Assembly (NCBI GenBank): GCA_964583765.1
Contig: CAZOWW010000003.1
Span: forward strand, 6,552-70,551
Direction: 5' to 3'
DNA from: an uncultured Kineosporiaceae bacterium
Lineage (GTDB): Bacteria > Actinomycetota > Actinomycetes > Actinomycetales > Kineosporiaceae
DNA: 64,000 bases
Shown here: positions 10,207 to 20,268 of the stretch, in pieces
How positions within the stretch are numbered: position 1 is the first letter of the stretch
How the letters are laid out: the number at the start of each line of letters is the position of its first letter
Position numbers and translations under genes: made by a program
The notes under the pieces: model-generated
Databases searched by the model: none
What the model was told of the DNA's origin: nothing
The model's input: the letters and a program-made list of their open reading frames with translations, nothing else

Positions 10207-10775
10207 CAACCCTCCCGACCGGCGTCGTCGCCGATGTCGGAGCCGGCGACGGGCCCTGGCGCGCCGTCCCCTGCCTCGTCGTCCCCCATGTCCTGGTCCG
10301 GGGCGTCGTCCACGTTCAGTCGGCCGAACTCCACCTCAACCCGGCCCCGGACCACCTCGGCCCAGGGCAGTCGCCGGCCCTCAGCCACCACGATCCCCTC
10401 GTCGTCCACCGCGATCAGGCGGGCCTCGAGGCCTTCCCCCGACCGGGTGACCACGTGCACCAGGCGCCCTCGCGCCCGCATCCAGTGCCGCCGCTGGGTC
10501 AGCGGACGGTCCGCGCCGGGAGAACTGACCTCCAGCACGTATGGAGTGCCGCCCATCACATCGCCCTCGTCGAGCGCGGCGGACACGTCCTGCGCCGCAC
10601 GGGCGACCGTGTCCATCGCCACGCCCCCGACCTCGGTCTCCGGCAGGTCCACGGTCACCCGCAGCACGCGCCGCCGGCCGGCCGGAGTGATCGTCACGTC
10701 CTCGACCACGAGGCCGGACCGGGCCACCACAGGCTCCACGAGAGCGCGCACGGCCTGCGCAGACGTCGTTGCCAC
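10206..10775 (-). CDS. rimP: ribosome maturation factor RimP
   Basis: ...[31 protein letters not shown]...[14 protein letters not shown]... is typical of RimP. I trimmed to the GTG at 10775, which is preceded by AGGAGGA. Confidence 0.9.
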   Translation of the reverse strand: MATTSAQAVRALVEPVVARSGLVVEDVTITPAGRRRVLRVTVDLPETEVGGVAMDTVARAAQDVSAALDEGDVMGGTPYVLEVSSPGADRPLTQRRHWMRARGRLVHVVTRSGEGLEARLIAVDDEGIVVAEGRRLPWAEVVRGRVEVEFGRLNVDDAPDQDMGDDEAGDGAPGPVAGSDIGDDAGREG

Positions 10776-10963
10776 CGGTTTCCTCCTGCCCGCAGCGACC
10801 TGGCCGAGTCGCTGATGTCCCTGGCCGTGGATGTGCCCGACACCACGTGCGGCCGCGGGCCGCCTGCTCCAGAGTACCCACCGGCGGGCCCCCTGGCGTC
10901 GCCCGCGACGGCAGCAGCCCGTGGGACGATCGCTTCGTGCCGTTCGTCGCCCACCCTCGACCG

Positions 10964-12313
10964 ATGATCGCGCCGGGCCGCGCTCACGCACCCGGCACCC
11001 AGCCGTTCGTCAGGGCCCAGCCGCCCGCGAAGACCCACCCGGTCGTCAGAGCCCAGCCGCCCGCCGAGCTCGGCCCGGGACAGCGCCCCGGTGGAGCGCC
11101 ACGGCGGTCGCGGCGACTCGTGGCCGGACTCCTCGCGGGTCTCACCCTCGTCGCGGGCGGGTTGGGCGGCTGTGGCGATGCGGGTGGCGAGGGCGCAGCC
11201 CCCGGTGCGCAGGTGCGCGGAGCCCAGGTGGCCACCCCGGTCGCCGGGGACGTCGCGATGTCTCCGGACGATCTGCGGGCCTGGCGGACGGCGGTCACCG
11301 ACACCCGGGGCCTCCTCGCCGGAGCCCAGGTTCTCGCGGTGGACACCAGCAGGCTCAGCGCCACGGCCCGCGCCCTCGCCACCGACGACCTGGCACATCT
11401 GCAGGCCCTCGGCGCCCCCGTGCGACCGCCCGGCGGCGCACAGGCCACCTCCACCCCGGCCGGTTCGTCCACCACCACCGCAGGCTCCACCCGGACGCCC
11501 CAGAGCAGGGCCGCACGCAAGGCGGCCGCACATGCCCTGATCGACGCCGAGAACAGCGCCGCGCGGGCCGCGGCCACCGCCTCTCTGAGCTGTTCCCCCG
11601 CACTGGCCACCCTGCTCGCCCGGATCGCCGCGTCCCGGGCCGTGCACGCCCGGCAGGTCGCCGAGGCCGCCGGGCTGCCCGCGCCCGTGCTCGCGCCCAC
11701 CCTTGCCGAGGCCGTGGCCGGGAGCCCGGCCGTTCCGGGGAGCGCCGGAGCGGACGCCGCAGGGCTCGTGTCCGGCAGCGGGGAGGCCTGGCGCGGTCTC
11801 GGGGCAGGCGAGGAGTCCGCCGCCGAGGTGTCCCCGCCGCCGCTGACCGACACGGATCTCGTCGCGGTCGGTCAACTGCTCGACGCGGAGCACGCCGCGA
11901 CCTATGCCTACGGCCTGGTCACCGCCCGGATCGATGCCGCGGGCCGGGCGCAGGCCGCAAGCTCGTGGACCGCGCACCGGCACGAGCGGGACCTGCTGGC
12001 GTCCCTGGTCGACGATCAGGGGTACGAGGCCCCGGCCTCCCTTCCCGGCTACCGGGTGGGGCTGCCCCCCGCGGCCGGGTCCCGGGCCACGGCCTTCGCG
12101 GCCGCGCTCGAGACCCAGCTGGCCGCCGTCGCCGCCTCGGCGACGGCCACCCCCACGCCGGCCGGTCGCCGGATCGCGGTCGCGGTCCTGCTCGCCGCGG
12201 TGTCCCGGGCCGCGTCCTGGGGGGCCCGGACGCCCGCGCTGCCCGGTGCGCCGCTGCCGGGCACCCGTCTCCCCCGGACGTCCGGGGTGGTCGACGGTCG
12301 GCAGGCCCGCTGA
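10964..12313 (+). CDS. ferritin-like DUF4439 domain lipoprotein (start uncertain)
   Basis: There is a Tat/lipobox-like signal RRSRRLVAGLLAGLTLVAGGLGGCG. The C-terminal LLDAEHAATYAYGLV...RHERD segment is typical of DUF4439 proteins, which are found between rimP and proS in actinobacteria. The ATG at 10964 or the GTG at 10937 are possible starts. Confidence 0.7.
   Translation: MIAPGRAHAPGTQPFVRAQPPAKTHPVVRAQPPAELGPGQRPGGAPRRSRRLVAGLLAGLTLVAGGLGGCGDAGGEGAAPGAQVRGAQVATPVAGDVAMSPDDLRAWRTAVTDTRGLLAGAQVLAVDTSRLSATARALATDDLAHLQALGAPVRPPGGAQATSTPAGSSTTTAGSTRTPQSRAARKAAAHALIDAENSAARAAATASLSCSPALATLLARIAASRAVHARQVAEAAGLPAPVLAPTLAEAVAGSPAVPGSAGADAAGLVSGSGEAWRGLGAGEESAAEVSPPPLTDTDLVAVGQLLDAEHAATYAYGLVTARIDAAGRAQAASSWTAHRHERDLLASLVDDQGYEAPASLPGYRVGLPPAAGSRATAFAAALETQLAAVAASATATPTPAGRRIAVAVLLAAVSRAASWGARTPALPGAPLPGTRLPRTSGVVDGRQAR
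11005..11064 (+). repeat. 2 copies of a 24-bp core with a 36-bp period near the 5' end of the DUF4439 gene
   Basis: GTTCGTCAGGGCCCAGCCGCCCGC (11005-11028) and GGTCGTCAGAGCCCAGCCGCCCGC (11041-11064). They encode (F/V)VRAQPPA twice if translated. Confidence 0.8.
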
Positions 12314-12410
12314 GCGGACGCCCTCGACCGCGGCTCCCGCTCAGCACCCGGTGGTACCCGTCGAGCAGTGGTACCTGCCGACCCGATCCTGCAGCGACGT
12401 CGGCGGGACC

Positions 12411-14171
12411 TCAGCCCCGCAGCAGCGCGGCCACCCGGCCGGTCAGCTCGGCCACCGGGATCTCCTCGCGCTCCCCGGTCGCCCGGTCCCGCAACTCCAC
12501 GGTGCCCGTGGCCAGGCCCTTGCCCACGATCACGATCGTCGGCACCCCCAGCAGCTCGGCGTCCTTGAACTTCACGCCAGGCGCGACCTTGGGCCGGTCG
12601 TCGTACAGCACCCGGGCCCCCGCGCTCTCCAGCTCGGCGGCCAGGGCGTCGGCGGCCTCGAACACCGCGGCGTCCTTGCCGGTGGCGACCAGGTGGACGT
12701 CGGCGGGTGCCACCTCGCGGGGCCAGCAGAGGCCCAGCTCGTCGTGGCTCGACTCGGCGATCGCGGCCACCGCGCGCGAGACGCCGATCCCGTAGGAACC
12801 CATGGTCACCGTGACCAGGCGCCCGTTCTGGTCGAGCACCTGCAGGCCGAGGGCCTCGGCGTACTTGCGACCCAGCTGGAAGATGTGCCCGATCTCGATG
12901 CCCCGGGCGATGTCCAGGCGATCCGCGCACCGCGGGCAGGCGTCCCCCGGGCGCACCTCGGCCGCCTCCACGGTCCCGTCCGCCTCGAAGTCACGCCCGG
13001 CCACCAGCTCGAAGACGTGCCGGCCGGGCTCGTTGGCCCCGGTGATCCAGGAGGTCCCGGTGACCACGCGCGGGTCGACGAGGTAGCGGATGCCGGTAGG
13101 CGACTCCTCCCCCAGCACGGCCGGACCGATGTACCCCTTGACCAGGCGGGGGTGCGCGGCGAAGTCGGCCTCGCCGAAGGGCTCGGCCTCGGCCGGGGCC
13201 AACGCCGCCTCCAGCCGCTTGAGATCCACCTCGCGGTCGCCGGGCACCCCGACCACCAGCGGGGAGCGGGTGCCGTCGGGTGCGACCAGCATCAGCACGA
13301 CGTTCTTGAGCGTGTCCGCCGCGGTCCAGGCGCGGTCCGCCCGGGGGTACTTGGCGTTCGCCAGCTCCACCAGGGACTCGATGGTCGGGGTGTCGGGAGT
13401 GTCCTCGACGTGGGGCGCGGGCAGCCCCTCCAGCGGGCGGGCCGGGGGCGCGGCGGTGGTCACGGCCTCGGTGTTGGCCGCGTAACCGCACGAGGTGCAC
13501 CGGACGAAGGTGTCCTCACCGACCTCGATCGGGGCGAGGAACTCCTCGCTCGCCGACCCGCCCATGGCACCGGACATCGCCGAGACGATGACGTAGGGCA
13601 GGTGGAGCCGGTCGAAGGTGCGGATGTAGGCGTCCCGGTGCGCCCGGTAGGAGCGTTCGAGCCCGGCGTCGTCGACGTCGAACGAGTAGGAGTCCTTCAT
13701 CACGAACTCCCGCCCGCGCAGCAGGCCCGCCCGCGGCCGGGCCTCGTCGCGGTACTTGGTCTGGATCTGGTAGATCGAGACCGGCAGATCCTTGTACGAC
13801 GAGAAGAGATCCTTCACCAGCAGGGTGAACATCTCCTCGTGCGTGGGGCCGAGGAGCAGGTCGTTGCCCCGGCGGTCCTTCAGGCGGAAGAGGTTGTCGC
13901 CGTACTCGGTCCAGCGGTGGGTCGCCTCGTAGGGCTCGCGCGGCAGGAGCGCAGGGAAGTGCACCTCCTGGAAGCCCGCGGCGTCCATCTCCGCGCGCAC
14001 GATGCGCTCGACATTGCGGTAGACCAGGTAACCCAACGGCAACCAGGTGTAGATCCCCGGCGCAGCCCGGCGCACGTAGCCTGCCCGCACGAGCAGGCGG
14101 TGGCTGGGCACCTCGGCGTCCGCGGGATCCTCACGCAGGGTGCGCAGGAACAACGACGACATCCGCAACAC
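12411..14171 (-). CDS. proS: proline--tRNA ligase
   Basis: [47 protein letters not shown] is the canonical bacterial ProRS N-terminus. The GTG at 14171 lies 7 nt after AGGAGG. Confidence 0.96.
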   Translation of the reverse strand: MLRMSSLFLRTLREDPADAEVPSHRLLVRAGYVRRAAPGIYTWLPLGYLVYRNVERIVRAEMDAAGFQEVHFPALLPREPYEATHRWTEYGDNLFRLKDRRGNDLLLGPTHEEMFTLLVKDLFSSYKDLPVSIYQIQTKYRDEARPRAGLLRGREFVMKDSYSFDVDDAGLERSYRAHRDAYIRTFDRLHLPYVIVSAMSGAMGGSASEEFLAPIEVGEDTFVRCTSCGYAANTEAVTTAAPPARPLEGLPAPHVEDTPDTPTIESLVELANAKYPRADRAWTAADTLKNVVLMLVAPDGTRSPLVVGVPGDREVDLKRLEAALAPAEAEPFGEADFAAHPRLVKGYIGPAVLGEESPTGIRYLVDPRVVTGTSWITGANEPGRHVFELVAGRDFEADGTVEAAEVRPGDACPRCADRLDIARGIEIGHIFQLGRKYAEALGLQVLDQNGRLVTVTMGSYGIGVSRAVAAIAESSHDELGLCWPREVAPADVHLVATGKDAAVFEAADALAAELESAGARVLYDDRPKVAPGVKFKDAELLGVPTIVIVGKGLATGTVELRDRATGEREEIPVAELTGRVAALLRG

Positions 14172-14280
14172 GAGCCGGCCTCCTGATTGTCACCACCCCG
14201 ACCCGCGGGGCACCCCGAAAGGCTATCGACCCGGCACGGATCCGCCCCACCGGGATTCCCCGCGCCCGCCGCCCCCCATC

Positions 14281-14401
14281 CGCGACGGCGAGGTCAACCG
14301 GCTCGCGACGGCGAGGTCAGCACGGGGAGATCAGACGGCGAGGTCCGGGCGGCAACGCCGAGGACCACCCTCAGAAGAGCCGAGGCCCGCCCTCAGAACA
14401 G
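14281..14401. repeat. composite tandem repeats at the GNAT gene 3' end, upstream of proS
   Basis: GACGGCGAGGTC occurs three times (14284, 14307, 14334). CCGAGG(A/C)CC(A/G)CCCTCAGAA(G/C)AG occurs twice (14358-14379 and 14380-14401); the second copy contains the GNAT stop codon. Confidence 0.85.
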
Positions 14402-15241
14402 CACGGTGGCGTAGCTGCCCACCTCGCGGAAACCCACCCGCCGGTAGGCCCGTACCGCGCGCACGTTGAAGTCGTTGACGTAGAGGGACACCACCGGGGC
14501 GACCTCCCGCCGGGTGATCTCGACGACCGCGGCCATGCCCGGGGCGGCCAGTCCCTCACCGCGGCGGTAGGGGCTCACCCACACGCCCTGCACCTGCACG
14601 GCCTCGGGGGTCACCGAGCCGAGCTCCGCCTTGAACGTGACCTCCGGTCCGCGCGGTCCGGCGTCCATGCGGACGAAGGAGCGGCCGCCGGCCACCAGTC
14701 CCGTGACCTGTCCGTGGTACACGGCCCCGCCGTCCGTGGCGACCGGCGAGTAGCCGACCTCCTCGATGAACATCGCGACACAGGCCGGAATGATCAGGTC
14801 GAGTTCCTCCGTCCTCCCCCGTCGCACCGCGGGGTCCGGGACGACGAGCGGCGGCCCGTCCAGGCTCATCAAGGGCTGGTGGGCCCGCACCTGCCGGGCC
14901 GGACCCCAGTAACGTCCCAACCGGTTCCACAGGGAGAGCACCGCCGGGGCGGGCCCGACCAATGACGAACACTGCCGGCCCAGGTGTCGCGCCCGGGCCG
15001 CGAATGCCTCCAGCGCGTCCTCGGTGGCCTCGACCGGGACGAGGTTGGCCCCCGACCAGCACAGGGACCGCAGAGTGCCCCTCTCGTACCAGCCCCAGAG
15101 CTCTCCACCACGGTGCTGACCACGCGCGACACGACGATGCAGTCGCGCGGCCACGAAGAGGTTCGCCACGAGATCCCGTCGGCAGACCTCGAGCGCCTCT
15201 TCGGTGTCCCGCCGATCGAGGATCCGCAAACCCGAACGCAC
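14393..15241 (-). CDS. GNAT family N-acetyltransferase (DUF4081 N-terminal domain plus acetyltransferase domain)
   Basis: The 282-aa product ends ...VQGVWVSPYRRGEGLAAPGMAAVVEITRREVAPVVSLYVNDFNVRAVRAYRRVGF..., which is the GNAT acetyl-CoA motif. It has the conserved ispG-adjacent position. The start is GTG. Confidence 0.85.
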   Translation of the reverse strand: MRSGLRILDRRDTEEALEVCRRDLVANLFVAARLHRRVARGQHRGGELWGWYERGTLRSLCWSGANLVPVEATEDALEAFAARARHLGRQCSSLVGPAPAVLSLWNRLGRYWGPARQVRAHQPLMSLDGPPLVVPDPAVRRGRTEELDLIIPACVAMFIEEVGYSPVATDGGAVYHGQVTGLVAGGRSFVRMDAGPRGPEVTFKAELGSVTPEAVQVQGVWVSPYRRGEGLAAPGMAAVVEITRREVAPVVSLYVNDFNVRAVRAYRRVGFREVGSYATVLF

Positions 15242-15364
15242 CCCCGCATCCTCGCCGAGGACGGCCCGGAAGCGAAATACACCACTCCGGCGACCGGCTC
15301 CACAGGCCCCCGACCTGGCTCGGAAAGGCCTCCGATCCGGCTCCGACCGGCCGCGGGACTCGGG

Positions 15365-16525
15365 TCAGCCGGCGACGGAGACGATCGGGGCGCCGGTCAC
15401 GGCGTCGTCCTCCCGGCCCATCTCCTCGGCCAGCATCGACGCCTCCTCGATGAGGGTGGCCACGATCTCCGATTCCGAGACGGTCTTCACGACCTGCCCC
15501 CGCACGAAGATCTGGCCCTTGCCGTTGCCGGACGCGACGCCGAGGTCGGCCTCCCGCGCCTCGCCGGGGCCGTTCACGACGCAGCCCATCACCGCCACCC
15601 GCAGGGGCACGGTGAGATCCGCCAACCCCTCGGTGACCTCCTCGGCCAACCGGTACACGTCCACCTGGGCCCGACCGCAGGAAGGGCAGGAGACGATCTC
15701 CAGGCGGCGGGGCCGCAGGTTGAGCGCCTGCAGGATCTGCACTCCCACCTTGACCTCCTCGACCGGAGGTGCGGAGAGCGAGACCCGGATGGTGTCCCCG
15801 ATCCCCCGGGCGAGCAGGGTCCCGAAGGCCACCGCCGACTTGACCGTGCCCTGCAGGGCCGGCCCCGCCTCGGTGACGCCCAGGTGCAGCGGCCAGTCCC
15901 CCCGCTCGGCGAGCAGTTCGTAGGCACGCACCATCACCACGGGGTCGTTGTGCTTGACCGAGATCTTGAAGTCGTGGAAGTCGTGCTCCTCGAACAGGGA
16001 CGCCTCCCACACCGCGGACTCCACGAGAGCCTCGGGGGTCGCCTTGCCGTACTTGGCGAGCAGGCGGGGATCCAGGGACCCTGCGTTGACGCCGATCCGC
16101 AGCGAGACGCCGGCCTCCTTGGCGGCCTGGGCGATCTGCTTGACCTGGTCGTCGAAGGCGCGGATGTTGCCCGGGTTCACGCGCACCGCAGCACAGCCGG
16201 CCTCGATGGCCGCGAACACGTACCGGGGCTGGAAGTGGATGTCCGCGATGACCGGGATCTGGGACTTCGCCGCGATGATCGCCAGGACGTCCGCGTCGTC
16301 CTGGCTGGGGCAGGCCACCCGGACGATGTCGCACCCGGCCGCGGTGAGCTCGGCGATCTGCTGCAAGGTCGCGTTGATGTCGGTGGTCGGGGTCGTCGTC
16401 ATGGACTGCACCGAGACCGGCGCACCTCCGCCGACGAGCACCTTGCCCACTCGGATCTGCCGGGAGGCCCGTCGCGGGCTCAGAACGGGTGGGGGCAGGG
16501 CCGGCAGGCCGAGCGCGACGGACAT
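15365..16525 (-). CDS. ispG: 4-hydroxy-3-methylbut-2-en-1-yl diphosphate synthase (flavodoxin)
   Basis: ...[24 protein letters not shown]...VRVNPGNI...[15 protein letters not shown]...[13 protein letters not shown] is the IspG/GcpE sequence with its Cys ligands. I trimmed to the ATG at 16525, which is preceded by GGAGG. Confidence 0.95.
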   Translation of the reverse strand: MSVALGLPALPPPVLSPRRASRQIRVGKVLVGGGAPVSVQSMTTTPTTDINATLQQIAELTAAGCDIVRVACPSQDDADVLAIIAAKSQIPVIADIHFQPRYVFAAIEAGCAAVRVNPGNIRAFDDQVKQIAQAAKEAGVSLRIGVNAGSLDPRLLAKYGKATPEALVESAVWEASLFEEHDFHDFKISVKHNDPVVMVRAYELLAERGDWPLHLGVTEAGPALQGTVKSAVAFGTLLARGIGDTIRVSLSAPPVEEVKVGVQILQALNLRPRRLEIVSCPSCGRAQVDVYRLAEEVTEGLADLTVPLRVAVMGCVVNGPGEAREADLGVASGNGKGQIFVRGQVVKTVSESEIVATLIEEASMLAEEMGREDDAVTGAPIVSVAG

Positions 16526-16784
16526 GGACGCCTCCGCGGTTCGCAACGGTGTGCCGCGCCAGTACGGCAGGCACCGGCTCCCAGTATCGCCCGTGTCCGG
16601 CGCCGCCACCCCCGCGAGGGGTCCTGCCCGCGCGCGACCCCGGTCACGCCGTCGCTCGTTCACCGACCGGGTCCTGCCCGGCAACCCTCGCGCCGGTCCC
16701 CCTCCGTCATGCCGGTCCCGCCGCCGTCACGTGGATCCGGTGACCGTCACCCGGCGTCGGTTCGTCCGCCGGGCGGGTCCCGGA

Positions 16785-18131
16785 TCAGCCGCCGAGGTGG
16801 ATCGGCGTGACGATGTCGGCGTAGATCAGCAGCGCCGACATGCCGATGAGCAGACTCGCCACGCCGTAGGTGAGTGGCAGGGCGCGCACCGTGTCCACGG
16901 GCCCCGGGTCCACGCGCGAGCGCAGCCGGGCGACGCGCCGTCGCAGGCTCTCCCAGAGCACCCCGGCCATGTGGCCGCCGTCCAGGGGCAGCAAGGGCAC
17001 CATGTTGAGCACGAACAGCATCACGTTCAGCGAGGCGAGGATCGTCAGCAGATCCGCGAAACGGTCGGTCACGGACTCGTCCTGGGCGGAGGCGATCTCG
17101 CCGGCGAAGCGGCCGACCCCCACGATGCTCACCGGACCGTTGGGGTCGCGGTGACCGTGGCCGAAGGCGGCCGACGTCGTGGAGGCGATCCGGCGGGGCA
17201 GGTCCACGGTCACCGTCGCGGTCTTCCAGAGCACCTGCCCCATCTGCCCCGGCACCACGAGCAGGGACTCGCGCCGTCGCTCGGTCGCAGGGCTCACCCC
17301 GAGGAATCCTGCCTGGATCGTCTTGATCGAGCCGTCCGCGTTCCGCTGGGGCGTCACCCCGTCCGCCTTCATCACCGCGACCGGGGTGGTCGCCGGGGTC
17401 ACCGGCACCGTCAGGAGTTGGCCACCGCGACGGACCTGGAGCGTGATGCGGCGGTTGCCGTTGGCCCGGATGAGGTCACGCACCCTGTCCCAGTCGTCCA
17501 CCGGGGCGCCGTTCACCGCGGTGATCCGGTCGCCCGGCCGCAGTCCGGCCCCGGCCGCCGGGGCGAGGGGGTCGGTCGCGGTGCAGGTGCGGTCCTTCGG
17601 CGCGTTGACCGGCAGGATGCACTGGCTCACCACGTCGATCCGGGTCGACGGACGAGGAAGACCGAAACCGCAGAGGATGATGACGAACAGGACGAGGGCC
17701 ACGACCAGGTTCATCGCGGGACCGGAGAGCATGATCACGAAGCGCTGCCACGGGCGCTTCGTGTAGAAGTACTGGTCCCTCGGGGTGTCCCCGGCCTCCC
17801 GCAACGACTGGGCGCGAGCCTGCTCGATCAGCGCCGACCACCGGCCGGTCCCCCGCCCCTCGGGGTCCGTGCGGCCGATCCGCACCGCGGACCGGGGCGC
17901 GAACATGCCGATCATGCGGACGTAGCCGCCGAGCGGGATCGCCTTCACGCCGTACTCGGTGTCCCCGCGCCGCCGGGAGAACAGCGTGGGACCGAATCCG
18001 ATCATGTACTGGGTGCAACGCACCCCGAACCTCTTGGCCGGTAGCAGGTGCCCCAGCTCGTGGAGCGCGATGGACAGCATGATCCCGATCGCGAAGATCA
18101 CGACCCCGACCAGGTAGGTGAGACCGGACAT
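16785..18131 (-). CDS. M50 family site-2 metalloprotease (RseP/Rip1-like)
   Basis: [37 protein letters not shown] contains the HExxH motif, followed by a PDZ-like middle region and the C-terminal ...NMVPLLPLDGGH motif. The ATG at 18131 overlaps the dxr TGA (ATGA). The tracked 699-aa ORF is an upstream off-frame extension. Confidence 0.93.
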   Translation of the reverse strand: MSGLTYLVGVVIFAIGIMLSIALHELGHLLPAKRFGVRCTQYMIGFGPTLFSRRRGDTEYGVKAIPLGGYVRMIGMFAPRSAVRIGRTDPEGRGTGRWSALIEQARAQSLREAGDTPRDQYFYTKRPWQRFVIMLSGPAMNLVVALVLFVIILCGFGLPRPSTRIDVVSQCILPVNAPKDRTCTATDPLAPAAGAGLRPGDRITAVNGAPVDDWDRVRDLIRANGNRRITLQVRRGGQLLTVPVTPATTPVAVMKADGVTPQRNADGSIKTIQAGFLGVSPATERRRESLLVVPGQMGQVLWKTATVTVDLPRRIASTTSAAFGHGHRDPNGPVSIVGVGRFAGEIASAQDESVTDRFADLLTILASLNVMLFVLNMVPLLPLDGGHMAGVLWESLRRRVARLRSRVDPGPVDTVRALPLTYGVASLLIGMSALLIYADIVTPIHLGG

Positions 18132-19363
18132 CAGCGCTCCTCTCCCCCGGAGCCCATGGCTCCGGTGCCGACCGCCGTCGCGGACACCGTCCGCCGGCCG
18201 GAACCGATCATTGCATCGGCCTCGGCACGCGCCCAGCGGTCGGCGTCGAGGACCTCCGCCACCGTGAGGTCGCCGTCCGCCGCCGTGTGCGCCTCCACCA
18301 CGGCCGCGACCGTTCCCACAATGTCGGTGAACCGGATCCGGCCCTTGAGGAAGGCATCCACGCACACCTCGTTGGCCGCGTTGTACACAGCAGGATACGT
18401 GCGGCCTCGCCGCCCGCACTCGCGTGCGAGCGAGACCGCGGGGAACGCCTGCTCGTCGAGGGGGAAGAACTCCCAGCGGGCCGCCTGCGTGAAGTCGCAG
18501 CCGGGGACGGCCCCGGGCACCCGGTCGGGCCAGGCCAGGCCGAGCGCGATCGGCAGGCGCATGTCCGGGGGCGAGCACTGGGCCAGGGTGGAGCCGTCGG
18601 TGAACTCGACCATGGAGTGCACCACGGACTGCGGGTGCACGACGACCTCGATCCGCTCGAACGGGATACCGAAGAGCAGGTGCGCCTCGATCACCTCCAG
18701 GCCCTTGTTCACCAGGGTCGCCGAGTTGACGGTGATCACCGGCCCCATGGACCAGGTGGGGTGGGCCAAGGCCTGCTCGGGGGTCACCGCACGCAGTTCC
18801 TCGGCACCCCGGCCCCGGAACGGGCCGCCGCTGGCCGTGACCAGCAACCGCCGCACCTCCCCGTGCGCGCCGCCCCGCAGGCACTGCGCGAGCGCGGAGT
18901 GCTCGGAGTCCACCGGGACGAGCTGTCCCGGCCCGGCGAGTGCGGTGACCAGCGGACCGCCCATGATGAGCGATTCCTTGTTGGCCAGGGCGAGCGTGCG
19001 CCCGGCGGTCAGGGCCGCCACCGTGGCGCCGAGCCCCACCGCGCCGGTGATCCCGTTGAGGACGACGTCACAAGCGCTCGCGGCCACCTGTGCGGGGGCT
19101 TCCTCGCCGGCGAGCAGGTTCTCGACCTGCGCCCCGCGCCGCGCCAGGGCTGCCCGTACCGCGTCGACGGCTCGGAGATCGGCCACCGCGACCGTCCGTA
19201 CCCTCAGCCGGGCGACCTGGTCGGCGAGCAGCTCTGGCCGGGAGCCCGAGGCGGCCAGGGCCACCACCCGGAAGCGGCCGGGATTGCGCAGGACGACGTC
19301 GACCGCCTGGGTACCGATGGAACCGGTCGACCCCAGCAGGACGATCTCTCGCAGACGGGTCAC
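18131..19363 (-). CDS. dxr: 1-deoxy-D-xylulose-5-phosphate reductoisomerase
   Basis: [24 protein letters not shown]...LANKESL...PVDSEHSAL... are the canonical Dxr motifs. The start is GTG. Confidence 0.96.
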   Translation of the reverse strand: MTRLREIVLLGSTGSIGTQAVDVVLRNPGRFRVVALAASGSRPELLADQVARLRVRTVAVADLRAVDAVRAALARRGAQVENLLAGEEAPAQVAASACDVVLNGITGAVGLGATVAALTAGRTLALANKESLIMGGPLVTALAGPGQLVPVDSEHSALAQCLRGGAHGEVRRLLVTASGGPFRGRGAEELRAVTPEQALAHPTWSMGPVITVNSATLVNKGLEVIEAHLLFGIPFERIEVVVHPQSVVHSMVEFTDGSTLAQCSPPDMRLPIALGLAWPDRVPGAVPGCDFTQAARWEFFPLDEQAFPAVSLARECGRRGRTYPAVYNAANEVCVDAFLKGRIRFTDIVGTVAAVVEAHTAADGDLTVAEVLDADRWARAEADAMIGSGRRTVSATAVGTGAMGSGGEER

Positions 19364-19456
19364 CGGCTGATTGTCCCGTCCGCGCCCGCGTGTCCGCCGC
19401 CGCCCTCCGCCTGGTCGCCGGCGCCGAGCCTTCCAGGACAGGCCCGCCGACCCCCC

Positions 19457-20047
19457 TCAGTCGTGCGGGCAGTCCTGCGGCCGGCCGGGACGCCGCAACG
19501 CAGCAGCCGACTCGGCGAGGAGCGGCGCCGCGGCCTGCAGGAACCGCTGCACCGCGGCCAGGTCCTCCGCCGGCATGGACTCGGTGAGCGTGGCGAGGTG
19601 CCGCGCCAGGGGGCCGATGAGGTGCCGTACCGCGTCCGGCCCCGGCGCACGCTCGACGATCACCCGCCTGCGGTCCCGGAGGTCGTGGCGGCGCCGCGCC
19701 ACCCCCACCGCCTCAAGCCGGTCGATGAGCCGGGTCACGGCACCGGTGGTCAACCCGGTCAGTTCGGCCATCTGGCCGGCAGTCTGCGGACCCGTCACGG
19801 CCAGCAGGTTCCAGCATCGCAGATCGCTCGCGCCGATGCCCATGCGGTCGGCCACCGTGTGGGAGTAGGTGATCGCGCTCGCGAAGAACTCCACGAGCAG
19901 GCGCCGGAACTCCTCGTCGATCCCCGCAGAGCCGGAACTGATCCCCGGAGAACCGGGCTCGAACACCTCGTCACCGGGGCGCGGAGAGGGCCGATGGGTG
20001 TCCGGCGTCGCGTGCATCGCGGGTCCCCCCTCCGTACGGCGGGTCAT
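19457..20047 (-). CDS. MarR family transcriptional regulator
   Basis: ...LRCWNLLAVTGPQTAGQMAELTGLTTGAVTRLIDRLEAVGVARRRHDLRDRRRVIVE is a winged-helix MarR domain. I trimmed to the ATG at 20047. The gene is divergent from the MMPL gene. Confidence 0.85.
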   Translation of the reverse strand: MTRRTEGGPAMHATPDTHRPSPRPGDEVFEPGSPGISSGSAGIDEEFRRLLVEFFASAITYSHTVADRMGIGASDLRCWNLLAVTGPQTAGQMAELTGLTTGAVTRLIDRLEAVGVARRRHDLRDRRRVIVERAPGPDAVRHLIGPLARHLATLTESMPAEDLAAVQRFLQAAAPLLAESAAALRRPGRPQDCPHD

Positions 20048-20070
20048 TCGCGTTGACACCTCCCTACCCG

Positions 20071-20128
20071 TCGATAGAATCTGCAACCATCGATTATCTG
20101 CATCAGATCAGCTAATGATGTCATGCAG
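20071..20128. promoter_or_regulatory. candidate MarR operator / divergent promoter region
   Basis: This is a locally AT-rich stretch. It has the direct repeat TCGATAGAATCTGCA (20071-20085) / TCGATTATCTGCA (20090-20102) and the inverted pair CTGCAT (20098-20103) ... ATGCAG (20123-20128). Confidence 0.35.
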
Positions 20129-20268
20129 GTTTTCGTGGTTCACGCCCGAAGGTCCCGAGCCGCGCCAGTGGGGGGCACCGAGGCCCGGCGACTCGTCGAG
20201 GATCGTCGCGCGGTGAGAGTCGAGGACCGACGCCCGGCCCAGGTCACCGATCACCCTGGAGTTACCCG

